From: Nematostella vectensis
Lineage: Eukaryota
Direction of reading: 5' to 3'
NCBI RefSeq assembly: GCF_932526225.1
Contig: NC_064047.1
Span: 1,689,027-1,753,026 of the forward strand
DNA length: 64,000 nucleotides
Under the pieces are notes generated by a model that was not told the origin of the DNA, did no database searches, and saw nothing but the letters and a program-made list of their open reading frames with translations. The number at the start of each line of letters is the position of its first letter. Within the stretch, counting starts at the first letter, position 1. Below are positions 47,986 to 60,635 of the stretch, in pieces. The position numbers and the translations under genes are program-made.

Positions 47986-48480
47986 GTAAGTATCCCCCCC
48001 TTCCCTTCGTATTTACTTATCCATTTACCACGCCACTTTCCTCCAGCATAATGATCACACAGAGTTTGCTCACATTCTGGCCAATTTAAGATGCATTAGC
48101 TAGGAGCAAAAAATAGCAAAGTTCAAATTGTAAGGTACGTTAGCTTATATTTGCATGATTTTTTGCATAGATGTTCCTTTTGTAATATAAAACAAAATAG
48201 CTTTAGAATTTTCTAGTAGATAATCCGTTCTTGAGATATTGCATAATGTAAGACTCTTGATTTCTCTGAAATTGCTCAATTTGGGCGAAATTGGTGCTTT
48301 TTTCAGGATCTATGACAACTTTGCTCAAATCTCAAAAACCGATCATCTACCAAAAAATAGTAAAGCTTATTTTGTTTTATTTTATGAAAGGAACCTCTAG
48401 GCAAAATATAATAAAAATGTAAGCTAACACAACCTTACAATTTAAATTTTGCCATTTTTTGCCGCTTGAGTTAACGCTAT

Positions 48481-48660
48481 TGATTTTGCACTTTCGAATT
48501 TGCGCCTGTGAGCGCTTTGGAGTTTTGAGTGTGCGCTTTCGAGTATTTGCTTTTGAGTTTGCGCTTTCGAGTATTCGCTTTTGAGTTTGCGCTTTGGAGT
48601 TTACGATTTTGAGTGTGCGCTAGAGTTTAAAATTTTGAGTTTGCGCTTTTGAGTTTCACG
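48481..48660. repeat. Minisatellite of about 20 bp (ttgagtttgcgctttcgagt-like) in transgelin intron 4
   Basis: Repeated gcgctttcgagt / gcgctttggagt units. Confidence 0.7.
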
Positions 48661-48684
48661 AGGTTCTGTTTGTTGTTCTTCTAG

Positions 48685-48717
48685 GTCATTTGCTGTATTC
48701 ATGCTGTTGGACGAAGG
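48685..48717 (+). CDS. Transgelin-like exon 5 (VICCIHAVGRR)
   Basis: Acceptor cttctag|gtc, donor gaagg|gtaaga, 33 nt. The paralog has a 33-nt counterpart (VINGIHALGRK). Confidence 0.75.
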
Positions 48718-49183
48718 GTAAGAAAAAATAACCAGGAAAAGTATCACTAATACACTCACACTCGCACTGAAATTAAACTAGACTCACATAGAACGTACGT
48801 ACTACACTCACACTCATATAGAACTTGGAAAATATGCTTAAAAACCTATCATTTTTTAGGCCTTTGAAATATACTATCTTAAATACTACTCGCTAGACGT
48901 ATTCTAGCAAAAGTTAAAGCACATTTTCAGATGTATACGTAGGCAGCATTTCGTCATTGAAAGCTGCTTAAATTTTCCACATAACGTTTTTTCAGACGTT
49001 CTAAAAAAGAACACTCTCCTCTATTTCTCCTAATACTTGCTCTTTTTCTTGCTTTCTTTCCTTGAAGGTCGTCTCTGAGCTACCCTTTAGGTTCCCAGTT
49101 ACTCATGATAATTTTTTGTTAATCTTCTCTTCTTTCTCTTAGCCTAACATCTCCTCTTTATTCTCTAACTCATCCATACGCAG

Positions 49184-49384
49184 GCTTACTCTCTGGGAAA
49201 GGACGTCCCTCAACTTGGGCCCAAAGAATCGACAAAAAATCCTCGTCAATTCACAGAAAGACAACTCAACGAGGGAAAAACGATAATAAACAGCTTCCAA
49301 ATGGGACCGGCGGCCAAAAATGTTGCTACTGCGTCCGGCCAGAGTTTCGGTCGTCAACGACAGATAATCAATGATAACAAATAA
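49184..49384 (+). CDS. Transgelin-like terminal exon 6a (calponin-like repeat; ...PRQFTERQLNEGKTIINSFQMGPAAKNVATASGQSFGRQRQIINDNK*)
   Basis: Acceptor ccatacgcag|gct. Matches transgelin C-terminus [40 protein letters not shown]. Stop TAA 49382-49384. Confidence 0.8.
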   Translation, partial: AYSLGKDVPQLGPKESTKNPRQFTERQLNEGKTIINSFQMGPAAKNVATASGQSFGRQRQIINDNK

Positions 49385-51105
49385 ATAGTCCATACAATAA
49401 CTATTCCTTAATATTTAATTAAAATGTTTCGTGATGACATACTGAGGAGAAGAAACCCAGGCCATTCCCTTAAAGTGGACTTTCAATTTTATCGACTTGG
49501 ACCCAAGAAAGTCTTGACTACGAGTCGAATTCTTAATCAGACTTTCTTCGAGATTTCCTTACGAAAATCTATTTACGACTCGGCCAGTGCCGTAGCTCAG
49601 TAGGCCTGTATACTGTACGCTTGTGGATATTTGCCCGCGTATGCAGTCAAAACATCTACCTAATAAAAAACTTTATCTAAATTGAGAGTACATATAAAAA
49701 AATATATATTAACAATCATTATCCATAGTATGATATTCATAAATACTTATTTTTTCTTGTTAAGATGATATATGAAATTAAACTAAATCATTCCTTGATC
49801 CGGATTGCTGTTTCGTACTATATTTGTATTTTATTAATACTGTAAATCTAGATATATTATATCACCTGAGGTTATTAGGGGACCCCCAGATACTTCTGGC
49901 GAGAGAGGGCCGCGCACGTCACGTCTTTTTTCTGTGTTTGCGAGTCAAGCAATTTCTTTTGAAAAATTGTACATCATATTTGGAAATAGCACAAGGACAT
50001 TGTTTGAGAAATATTAGCTTGCGCAGTAATGCACATGTGATTAAGGATCCAGTGCTTTCCGTCTTCTGCAGCGAAAATCAAACAGATCTCCGTGATAAGA
50101 GAAGACACAAAGTACGCTGGCACTCCGAGCATGGCGTGCTACAAGGCAAACGTTTCCCTGACAATGTTAACCGTGCCAATGAATGGTAAACACAATCAAA
50201 GGCTCTGTGAGCCAACTCGTGATTGCTTATTTATTAATTTATTATTAGTTATTTTCTTGTGTGCATAAAAGATATACATGATACTGAACAAAGAATGAAC
50301 ACATTCAAGATGCTGAGAGTACATAGAAATGTCCTTATACCTTTTTCCTTTTCGATGTCATGACACGCCAAGAACAGTAAAATAAAATACTATTATTATA
50401 AAAAATAAAATAAAAAATAAAAAAAATAAAAAAATGAGAGGTGCGTGATCACCTCTCTCTAACCGCCAAAATGTGGAAAGACCATCAAATATTATCTTTG
50501 TTTTCATATGATACCTTTGACTGCGCGCCCCCCTCGGTATATCGTGGGTTCGCTGAGAATCCCGGATGACGCTCCTCAATGATAAATGAGTCACGCCTTC
50601 TTGATCACATCAGGCACCTAATGTCACGCTTACCGCCACGTCAGGGATAATACGCGCCTGAGAATTCCGGATGATGCTCCTCAATAATACATATGTCACG
50701 CCTTCAAAATCACGTCAGGCACTATGTCAGGCCCTCTTAATCACGCCTGGGGTATGTCACTCCTTCATCACGTCACATCTTCATCGCGTTGCCAAAAGAT
50801 GCCCGTATACATTTTTTATGGCGCACGGGCGTCAAAAGGCCTGAGTTGTATTTAATTAACCTCACAACGAAGCATTATGTCACGCCATCGCCATTATCCT
50901 GCGTTACAGCGGGATGACACTCTATTTGATCCGTCCCATGTTACATTCATGGTGTCCTACATCGTATAGGATCAGCGAGACAAATGTTTGGCTCGCCGCG
51001 TGTCTTCATCGCCTGCCAAAAAGGCCCTCCATTCGTATCCATCTCACGTCGAGCACTCGTTCAAATGCTGTAAAGCCCCTTTAAATGCTTTATTTATTTT
51101 CTCAG

Positions 51106-51219
51106 GCTGTGGCCAAAGGCCTGAACGTGCCTCTCTTGGGCCCTAAGGAGGCGGAAGCAAACCCGCGTGACTTCACAGAGGAGCAGCTCAAGGGAGGGGC
51201 GGGGATACATTTCGCGTAG
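51106..51219 (+). pseudogene. Truncated duplicate of the transgelin terminal exon (6b: AVAKGLNVPLLGPKEAEANPRDFTEEQLKGGAGIHFA*), followed by a minisatellite
   Basis: Acceptor ttttctcag|gct is intact. The calponin repeat is missing and replaced by the 23-bp tandem array at 51241-51400. Confidence 0.5.
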
Positions 51220-51240
51220 GACCCCTGACGATATTTGCAT

Positions 51241-51400
51241 AGGTCACGTGACGATATTTGCATAGGTCACGTGACGATATTTGCATAGGTCACGTGACGA
51301 TATTTGCATAGGTCACGTGACGATATTTGCATAGGTCACGTGACGATATTTGCATAGGTCACGTGACGATATTTGCATAGGTCACGTGACGATACTTGCA
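51241..51400. promoter_or_regulatory. Tandem array of 7 copies of AGGTCACGTGACGATATTTGCAT, a palindromic E-box (GTCACGTGAC) plus an octamer (ATTTGCAT) composite
   Basis: 23-bp perfect tandem copies immediately after the truncated terminal-exon copy 6b. Confidence 0.5.
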
Positions 51401-52539
51401 TGTAGTTGATTTTATGGTAGATTTGTTTCTCGCTAAACCCCAATGTTTCGTTTTTTGAAGTTAGTCAAAGGCGTCTAATAAAAACCGGCATGATAACACA
51501 GTCCCGATCAGATACATGACTGTATAGATTACTTGGAAAAAGTGGTATTGGCAAAAAACGTTTTACAACAAATTTAGACAGAACTCACACGATCAAACTA
51601 AAGACTTTGCAAATCACTTATTAGAGACCTTACGCAAGGACGACAGCGACGGTCTCGAGAAAAGGTCATTCCAAAACGATCGTTGACGTTCGTGACGGCG
51701 CGCGTAGAAATTGAAAATAGGAACATGCCGTTATAAGGGGCGTCCACACTAACACGGATTCGTTGGGATCTGTATACTTTTTGATACCAGGCCTTCCGTC
51801 CACACTAACACGCGCGCTGGATCCAGCAAATCCGGAAAGTGAATCAAAATGAATCCGTGTACTTTGGTCCATAGTGATGACGACCCCGCCGTTTTTTAGC
51901 AATTCGCGAGCGCGCGCGCCGTACTTGATGCCGTCGCCCTAATCCTTGCGTAAGGCCCCTACCTCCAAGACGCTAGTATATCATCGTGTAGGAAGAAGTT
52001 TATTAAAAAAACGGAGCATGTGAACATTAGGTGTTTTCTTCTGTAAGGGGGCGGTTGCATCTCTTCTTACGAATCTGGACTGCTTACTATCTACCTTTCA
52101 AGGATCTATGGTCGATCTTGTTAGTAACCCAGATTATATTCTTCTTGTTTTCTTCCTTTATCATGTCTTTGATAAATACACAAGTATCCTTTATCTTAAC
52201 GCGTATAAACAGCGCCAATTCTCACGTCTAACCCGAGCTTAGTCATCTGTACTAGATCATTCTCTTGATCCTATTCTCTTGACATGTCACATCAAATACC
52301 ACGGCATTGCAAAACACGATTTATCGCATCGAAGAACTCGAGTCACACTTATCCTGACATAGGCCACGTCACATGTCTTTCAAGGCCTTCAGGCTGAATT
52401 TGGGATGGGGGGGGGGGGGGGGGTGGGGGTGGGAAAGCTCTCTTAAAACTCTAAATCCCTGCAAGTAAAAAATCCGCGTTTCCATTTAGTCGCCAAGAAC
52501 GTTTTTGTTTATAATAATAATTGTTAATATTAATGACAT

Positions 52540-52900
52540 GCGTCACAGCATCCATGTCACGCTATTGTCATATCACGTCTCATTCCATGTCATTTTTTCA
52601 TGTCACACCACACTGTCACGCGTTACAGCATTCATATTCATGTCACGCCATTATCATCTCACGTCTCATTCCATGATGCCGTGTCATAACATATTAATGT
52701 CATGCGTCACAGCACCCATGTTACGCTATTGCCATGTCACGTCCCACTCCATGCCATTTTTTCATGTCACACCACACTGTCACGCGCTACAGCATTCATG
52801 TCACGCCATTGTCATATCACGTCTCATTGCATGTCATGTCATGTTAAACCATATTGTCACGCTACACGGCATACACGTCACGCCATGTCACATTCCATAC
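52540..52900. repeat. Tandem repeat of about 115 bp, about 3 copies (catgtcacg... family), immediately upstream of exon 6c
   Basis: Repeated blocks ...catgtcacgctattgtcatatcacgtctcattccatg... The long ORF-track ORF 52505..53113 is mostly this repeat. Confidence 0.75.
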
Positions 52901-52915
52901 TATCCTCTGCTCCAG

Positions 52916-53113
52916 GCTGCTGCCAAGGGACTGGACGTCCCTGTGCTTGGCCCGAAGGAGGCAGACGCGAATCCACGCCAGTTCAGTGAAGAGCAGCTCA
53001 GAGCCGGAGAGGGAATCCTGACCAAACAGGCCGGCCCGAAAGCGGACGAGGTTGCTACGGCAACTGGTACTCACGCCGGTCGCCCAAGGCAGATAGTTGA
53101 CCGCTACAAGTAG
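52916..53113 (+). CDS. Alternative or duplicated transgelin terminal exon 6c (AAAKGLDVPVLGPKEADANPRQFSEEQLRAGEGILTKQAGPKADEVATATGTHAGRPRQIVDRYK*)
   Basis: Acceptor cctctgctccag|gct, phase 0, compatible with exon 5. Full-length calponin-repeat-like ORF ending TAG at 53113 (last 198 nt of ORF track 52505..53113). Confidence 0.6.
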   Translation, partial: AAAKGLDVPVLGPKEADANPRQFSEEQLRAGEGILTKQAGPKADEVATATGTHAGRPRQIVDRYK

Positions 53114-53399
53114 AGGGCGTGTCTTTATGGGCGTGTCTTTGTAGGCGTGTCTTTATGGGCGTGTCTTTATGGCAAAATTTTCGAAAGTCCAAAGACTTAT
53201 AGGAATAATTAGAAAGATTAAAACAATGCAGACTTCGTGTCGTGTTTTTTTTCTTATGCTGTCTGTGACTGGGGGGGGGGGGGGGGGAGACGCACCCCCC
53301 CTCCGTATTTCATGACCTTCAACCTTACAGACAAAGATCACCAGCATGCGTCACACCCTATTGTGTGTGGTCAAATCAATTATGACGTCACAATGACTT

Positions 53400-53860
53400 C
53401 ATAAATACGAGGTCTATCTGGCAATTCTTTCAAATATTGCCTAAATTATCAGATATCGGGTTGAAATCATTTTGCACCATTCATATATATCAAAATCAAC
53501 CCTTTAAAGGCTTTACAATGCAAAAAGGTCATAAAAACGTTTGTAATTATTTTTTTTGTAAGAATTTTTTCTTGGGTCCACCCCCCCTGGATCCGCCATC
53601 TTGGATTCTTATGATTTTTGCAAAAGAAAAAAAATCTGGAATTATTAAGGAAAAAAGTATTTGCATACATGTATTACTGCTTATAGTAATGATAAATGCA
53701 TAATATTAGCTTTTAAAGTGTAATCTCGTGACATTTTTAACAACAGCTTGAGCAAAATTTACCCACCCCTCCCCCAAATATCCGAGGTAAAAAAATTCTA
53801 GCGCTGATGTGAAACTTGTCACCTAAACAAACTTATAAACTCAAAAGAGGCATTTTAATC
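53400..53860. repeat. Dispersed repeat of about 500 bp. An inverted copy lies at 63130-63760.
   Basis: Shared sequence (ccaaatatccgaggtaaaaaaattctagcgctgatgtgaaacttgtcacctaaac) and similar pseudo-ORFs (MPKLSDIGLKSFCTIHIYQNQPFKGF against MPKLSDIELKSSCIIQICQNQPFYGF). Confidence 0.7.
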
Positions 53861-56800
53861 TGAGAAACAGGACCAAAACAATTTTTTTCGCCGCTGGGGG
53901 CCGAGTTACTCATTTACCAGGCGGCGTAGCTTATATAACGCGTCGTTTGAAAGGTCACAAGCGCGTAGGAACAGAGCTCGCTAGGGGAGCGAAACCAAGG
54001 CAAATACGGCCAGTTGAGGTAGGAATACGTGCTTTATTTACTAACAAGACATTAGACTTCATTTCGGAGTCAGATTATCCTATAGCCCGTAGTAACCAAT
54101 ATTATGTAGAATCCTATAGTCAAATTCTTACGCGCGCTCTCATTGGTCAAAACAAAGTGAGATTTTTTTGTGGAATTCAATAGTTGAAATTGTGGAATTT
54201 AATGAAAGCACAGGTGTGCCACGTTTTCTCTTTCCAACACGAATCATATCTTTCAAACATAAGCTGAGAACTCACAAAGATTAACAAATTGTTCTGGACA
54301 CCTTAATTTCTTATTTAGGGTATTTCAGTATGCCCTTGCTCGTCAGATATAATTTTGTACCATATTTCTTCTTGGTGTTCAAGCTACAGCGGGTGATACT
54401 CTATCGCCATCCAAATGCAGTCCGTATCCCCATAGTACTGGTGCCACCCATAGTAGTACTCCCCGTTGTCATGGATACCGCAGAAGGGCACGTGCGTCAT
54501 ACCAGGACTCATGACCACATCTTCGTACAAACTGCTAAAATCTTCACTATGGAATTTCTGCATTCGTCCTGTCCCGTATATCTGTGCAGTTAACAAAATG
54601 TAAAGATTACTTATACATATAAGGTCAATCGCGCCGCAACTTTATGCTCTTGCTCAATGCCGAGTAGTAACGCATCGGCTAAAGTCAAGCAAGAAACCAA
54701 GATATTTTCAATCCAATATCGTCATTTACTTATCATACTTCAGTCGTAGATTGTTATTTTTTAAGTTTCCTTGCGAATAAACCGTTGTATTTTTTTTATA
54801 AGCGATAGCAAAGGAGTGGTTTATTGACATTCTATAATGCATATTTGTCATCATCAGACCTGATCTCCTTCTAGCAGTGTGTAGTTTTGTTTGAATATTG
54901 GTGAATTTCTGTGTGTGTTCACAGCACGAGTTTCTCGGCCCTAAAAGTGACGTGCTGGATGTATGTGATCTTACTAGAATCTTGAGCTACTCCGGTTCAG
55001 GATGGGCCATTCTCAAAACGTAGTATTTTAAATCTCAAAGAAGTCAGCACATGGTGAATACGGTACTAAGCGCTATATAAGTTATGTTCATTAAAGTCTG
55101 TGCATTACCATTCATGTCGTGGAAATATCTAGCATGATAAAAAGACTTCTGTATAAAGTCGAAATTTATTATTAATCAAACCTGATTGCCTCATTGTGTT
55201 TTTTACTAAAATCAGCTATAGCTTTGTATGTTATGTTATGGAATACCTGTGGCGTGTTTGGGTTGCCTGTGGCTTATTCATAGATTATCATACCTGTGTG
55301 TGCACTTCCAGTATTTCAGGATCGCTATGCTTGTTGTGTAGTCGACAATGAGTGTTTGTAGGGCAGAACCAAACATTGACTTTAACCTGGTGTTCCCTCA
55401 CTTTGTTTAAGTTCACACCCTCTGACTGACCAACCGCGTGGAATGGGTCAAAGCTATCAGAAAACATGAACGAGTCTCTTAGTAACAATAAGGCAAGCAT
55501 GCTACGTGCCACCCTAAAGTACCAAACATGAACAAGTGTAGTTAGTTAGTAACAATTAGGGAAGCATTGTCCAATATAAATAGATTTAGGCGCTACCCAA
55601 AGCTACCAAACATGAATAAGTCAGCACTGATATAATAAGGCAAGATTGTCCAATAGAAATAGAAATAAATAATTAAATGCGATTGGTAATGGTTATGGTA
55701 ATGAAAATGGGATAGAAAATGTAAATGGAAATACAAATAGAGGAAGGACAAACAAACAAACAAACAAAGAAATGTGGCATTTGATTCGGCACAACAAAAG
55801 CTCGCAGTAGCGGATCTAGGGGGAGAGTTTAGGGGGGTTAAACCCCTCCCTTTGGGCTTCCAGAAAGACATAACAAAAAAAATTCCCTTTCATCCCTTTG
55901 TCACTGAGTCAAACCCCCCCTTTAGCGAAAAGCAAGATCTGCCCCCCTGGCTCGTCATTTCAATCAGAGTCGTGCTATTGCCTAGAGCACGACTGGCGCA
56001 GACGTGCTCAGTGTCGTGTCGAGCATAATTCTGGCGTGCCGAAGTTACTAGATTCAGGGATTGAACTGTTCGATTAATTAGAGTCGACAGGAAGATGCGG
56101 TAGATGCGCGACGTATGAATCGGGCCTTACAAAATTTTAATTATAGAAGTTTTGCACTTTACCTCACTTTCCCTACTTCAAATTGTGGAGATTTATAAAG
56201 CGACACATGTTTTGGAAAGGATGGGAAAAGTTCATTGAGGTGGTGCCAACCATTTTCCAAAACACACCCACTGATGTCTCGCTCATCTTCTATTTCCACA
56301 AGAACAACTGAATCAGCACTCTGTACGGTTACATCTGCAAAAATGAAGTACTGTAAATGCATGACTCAACTCCAAAAAAGCACCCTGCTTCGAATCAAGC
56401 AACGACGACGGCAACGTGGACGACGACGGCAGAAAACAATGGGGTTTGATTCAGAATTCAATAGCAGCACGTGAAAATGCGTTTTGTTCGACATTCAGCT
56501 GTTTTCCATAAAACCACGATGTGAAAACTCCACGGTCAGTTGAGGATGCGGACGTTTGCACTGTAAACTCCAGCTAGTAGTAAGTACTAAGTTCGCTGCT
56601 GTAGAAATAATGTCCTTAGGTTATTTTATCTGCGTCTGACGACATGACGGAAAAACCTGGAAAACGCGCAATTGGAGATAGAGAAAGACACAATTTCTTA
56701 CAATGGCTATAGGATCCTTGTATTACGGACTGATTTTCAAAACAAATAACGTGAGGCCGAAGTGCACATAACCAGATTTTGGCTTTTTAAGATAATTTTT

Positions 56801-58789
56801 CCTTGATCATCCTTGCGCTATGTGTGAGCACAGGGACGGAAAGCTCAAATTTCAATGACACTTTACAAAAAGTCGAATCAATTTAAAAAAAATGTGAAAT
56901 GGACTTATTTGAAGCGTAATGTCATGTTTTTCCGTCATGTCGCCATTGACTATAATGTTTTGCTTATTCCATTGCAATTAAATTATTATTGATCGCCACG
57001 TGCGAAAACATCTTTTTCGATCGCGTTGTCCTAGCCGTCGTCGTTGTCCTTGCTGAAGGCCCTTTAAAATAGAGACGGTCACTATTGTTGACATATAGAC
57101 GACAACCCCAAATAAACGACAATCTTAACTATTTAGCATATTCCGAATTTTCCCTGTCAAATGTACGCTAATTTTTTGTGAAGCTATTTTTGATAATAGT
57201 GATTAATGCAGGAATTCTCCCCTCCCCTGTGGAAGGTTCCAGGTGCAGTGATTAATGCAGGAATTCTCCCCTCCCCTGTGGAAGGTTCCAGGTGCATCCT
57301 GGATATTTTTTAAATCTAAAAAGAACCAAGACGTAAGACTCGAAAGCAAGTTGTATGTATGAGATCCTAGAACCAGTGTTGTAAACCCAGATCCTGAGCG
57401 CGCATTTGTCGTGCCATCTCTCCAAAAATACTGTATGCATCTGTCACAGCTTTCGTCTCCTTTGCAGCACGTGTTCAAGTCACGCAACGCTACCCCCTCC
57501 CCCCCCCCTTTCAAAGTCAAATGGTTGGCCCCTAAGCAGTTAACAAGATCATAACCAAAACACAAAACACCATAGTGTATCACATTCCTGGCTACTGTCA
57601 ACAAGAAATAGACACAATAGCCAGCAGTTGAACAAGCTCAAAATGGTTTATGAGCCTTTTGTTGCTGTTATTTTGTTTATGAGCAGCGTTTGTAACCAGG
57701 TCACTCTATTCTGCTATTTTGACCTCTGGTGATATTCGGCGCTTTCTTATTGGTTTACGCACGTCGTAAACTGCGAAATGGCTTCCTTCACCAAAATAGA
57801 CATTCCTAAAAAAAAGCACAAATGTGCTTGCGATTGAAGCTGTGATTGCGTGCCCATCCGCAGATACTAACCTTGCAAAATGGTGGACGTTCTTGGAGCT
57901 AGGGATTTGCACGGCTCTGTTGATTTAATCACTGTTGCTTCGATTCCGATGTTGATAAGTATCGTTCGTTTCTTTATATAGTAATCTTTGACATTTGTGA
58001 GCCAAATGGACTTGAGAAATTTCGAAAAAACTAAAGGCTTCTCACAGTTCATCATGTTGTGTAGAATGAAAAGCCCATTGTTTGTGTGTCAGTGCGTGAC
58101 ATAAATGACCACAGGTATCCCAAACTCGCTAAGTATCTATTTGCTTTAGCTGCAGTATTTCTACTCGCTTTTTTACCGTTCGGTTAATTTTTCGGCAGCT
58201 TTGTTACGGTTAACGGTTATTTTATTTTCTCAAAATTAAGTTTACGGTTAACCAACTCTCTGACCATAAAAGATGGCCTATGCAGGTGCGTGCGTGCGTT
58301 GATCAAAGAGACCTAAGGCCTGGGTCGTGCATGATGACGACATCACTACGATACTATAGCAACACACTAACTCCCAAGAGACGCAAGCGTGCAAAAGACC
58401 CCGATATTTTTTCACTTTACATCTCAGCGAGCTGTGCGTGGCGTAACCGACTAAGACAGGCCTGGGATCCTGGTTATTGCCTCCCCATTAATGCGCGGGT
58501 GCCTCAGGTTCCTTTGTGTTGTACAGCTCACTAGATAGCGGTGCTGGGGCCGTAATCTCTAGCCTAGCCGTAAAGCTTTAAGCTGCCATACGACGTTTCA
58601 GCGTACGTCTGGAAGTATGGTCTATTTTTTTTCTGATTTCGTTTGATCAGAATAGGTTCGATCTTCGGCCAATTAATTGCCTTTTTTTCCTATCACAAAA
58701 CTATACTTTTTCCATGTCAATGTTTGCAGGGCTTTTCCTTCTCGCTTTTCCGTACAAGCGAATAGCAAGGCTTTGCCGACGGTGGGCAG

Positions 58790-58915
58790 ACCGCTTTTTG
58801 GCGGCGGAGGGGGTGTGTTTTGGCGGCGGAGGGGGTGTGTTTTGGAGGCGTAGGGGGTGTGCTTTGGAGGCGGAGAGGGGTGTTTTGGAGGGGTGGGTGG
58901 TGGAGGATTGCGCAA
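58790..58915. repeat. 24-bp GC-rich tandem repeat (ttttggcggcggagggggtgtg)n, about 5 copies
   Basis: Direct tandem copies with small variations. Confidence 0.8.
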
Positions 58916-59852
58916 GCTGCCTGTTGCCTGGACGCGGCGCAAACGGACCATCCAAAAAATTCACGTGATCAGAATGACTTCATTCACTCTCCTCGGGAGA
59001 GGAGAGTGAATGAGGACAGTCAATAACATCCTCCCGACCAGCCTACGTTGCGCATCACGTGAGTTGAATGACGCTATCATCATTCATCATTGCGCGCACC
59101 CTGCCATGGGCATTAGAGGCACCGAGCTTCGCGGCGAAAACGATTTAAGCGAAGCGCTTTCGCTCAAATCGTTGTCGGAGCTTCTGTTACCCAGGGTACG
59201 CGCAACCAGTAAAACACCTTAAATATGTGCGGAATGTTTATTGTCTTCTAACGAATCAGACGCGACAATCCAGACACAAAATTTGTTAAAACATGTTTCA
59301 AGGTGACAGTTTGAATATCTCGCGAGTGATTGGTCGAAACAAACACTTCCGTTTTACTGGTCGCGCTGTAAAATACGCTCGGTTTCCGGCTCGTTTCTAT
59401 GAGCCCGCTGTACGTGCCCCCATCCTAACTGTAAAATAACAACAGCAATAAGCAACTATTTCGCGACCCTTTGTCAAAAGAGGTTATTTTCTGGCGCAGT
59501 CATTTCAGTGTTTATTGTAGCTTAACTTTGTCACTTAAAGTCACGTGATCAGTTGTGCAAGTTGCCTACTGGTTGAGCGTTCATTGAAGTTTATCTAAAA
59601 AACGTTCAAGTGAAAGAATGCAATCAAGATATCTCTCAAAAGTTTTATTTGTAATAAGTACAAAGACGATTCTAAATCCACTCCTAATGTCTCAAAACAA
59701 CGATTTTTCATCAGTTTAACAGTTTAAATCAAATAATAATCAAACATTTTTATGCATACCTATGCATTCAAGCCTAAGCCCGTTAAATTGCATTATTTTT
59801 CACTAGAATTATGAATATCAGAAAAGAAGGGATTTTCTGTAAATGAAAGCAG

Positions 59853-60080
<228 letters not shown>

Positions 60081-60602
60081 TCAAAGAGTCGCGTTTTATC
60101 CATGCGCGTGTGGGAGGGGGGAGGGAGGGGTAGAGGGATTCGGACCCCACCCTGCTCATGTGACAAGCTGAGTTTGACTCCGGTCTAACAACTTCGTTGG
60201 AAGACGGTTAATTCTAAGGGTGTATTTCTATAGAAAAATTTTCTAGATGGACCTATTACCAGAGCTAAGGGTGTCTATTTGATCTTACTTGATCCGTGGT
60301 CAGTAAGATCGAACTACTCATACTTCTAATCCCCACCCTGCGTTTTTCTCTAGACACGCCTCTGTTATTTCCGTTGAACTATAGTCTAGGTTTGAGTGGT
60401 CCAATCTAGCAATGCGGGGCAATCAAAGTTTACAAAATGTTTTCCGTTAAAATTCCAAATTTGATTGACGGAAGTGAGAAACGCCTTCTAGCACAGTAGT
60501 TGGCGAGAGTTTTCAGAATACTCAAATGTAAAATAAAATAAAGTAAAAACAAAATTGGTTCGCCTCATTTGTGTTCGAGGTGAGCCATCTTGTGAATCTC
60601 AC

Positions 60603-60635
60603 CTTTCTTCCAAGAGCATGGATTCCATTAATGAC
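60603..60635 (-). CDS. Transgelin-like paralog exon 5' (VINGIHALGRK)
   Basis: Minus-strand tcttgcag|gtc ... agaaag|gtgaga, 33 nt. Confidence 0.7.

Noticed and set aside
52505-53113. 202-aa ORF (MFIIIIVNINDMRHSIHVTLLSYHV...)
   Set aside because: The first roughly 410 nt are the 115-bp tandem repeat read in frame. Only the last 198 nt (52916-53113), behind a good acceptor, look like a real exon.
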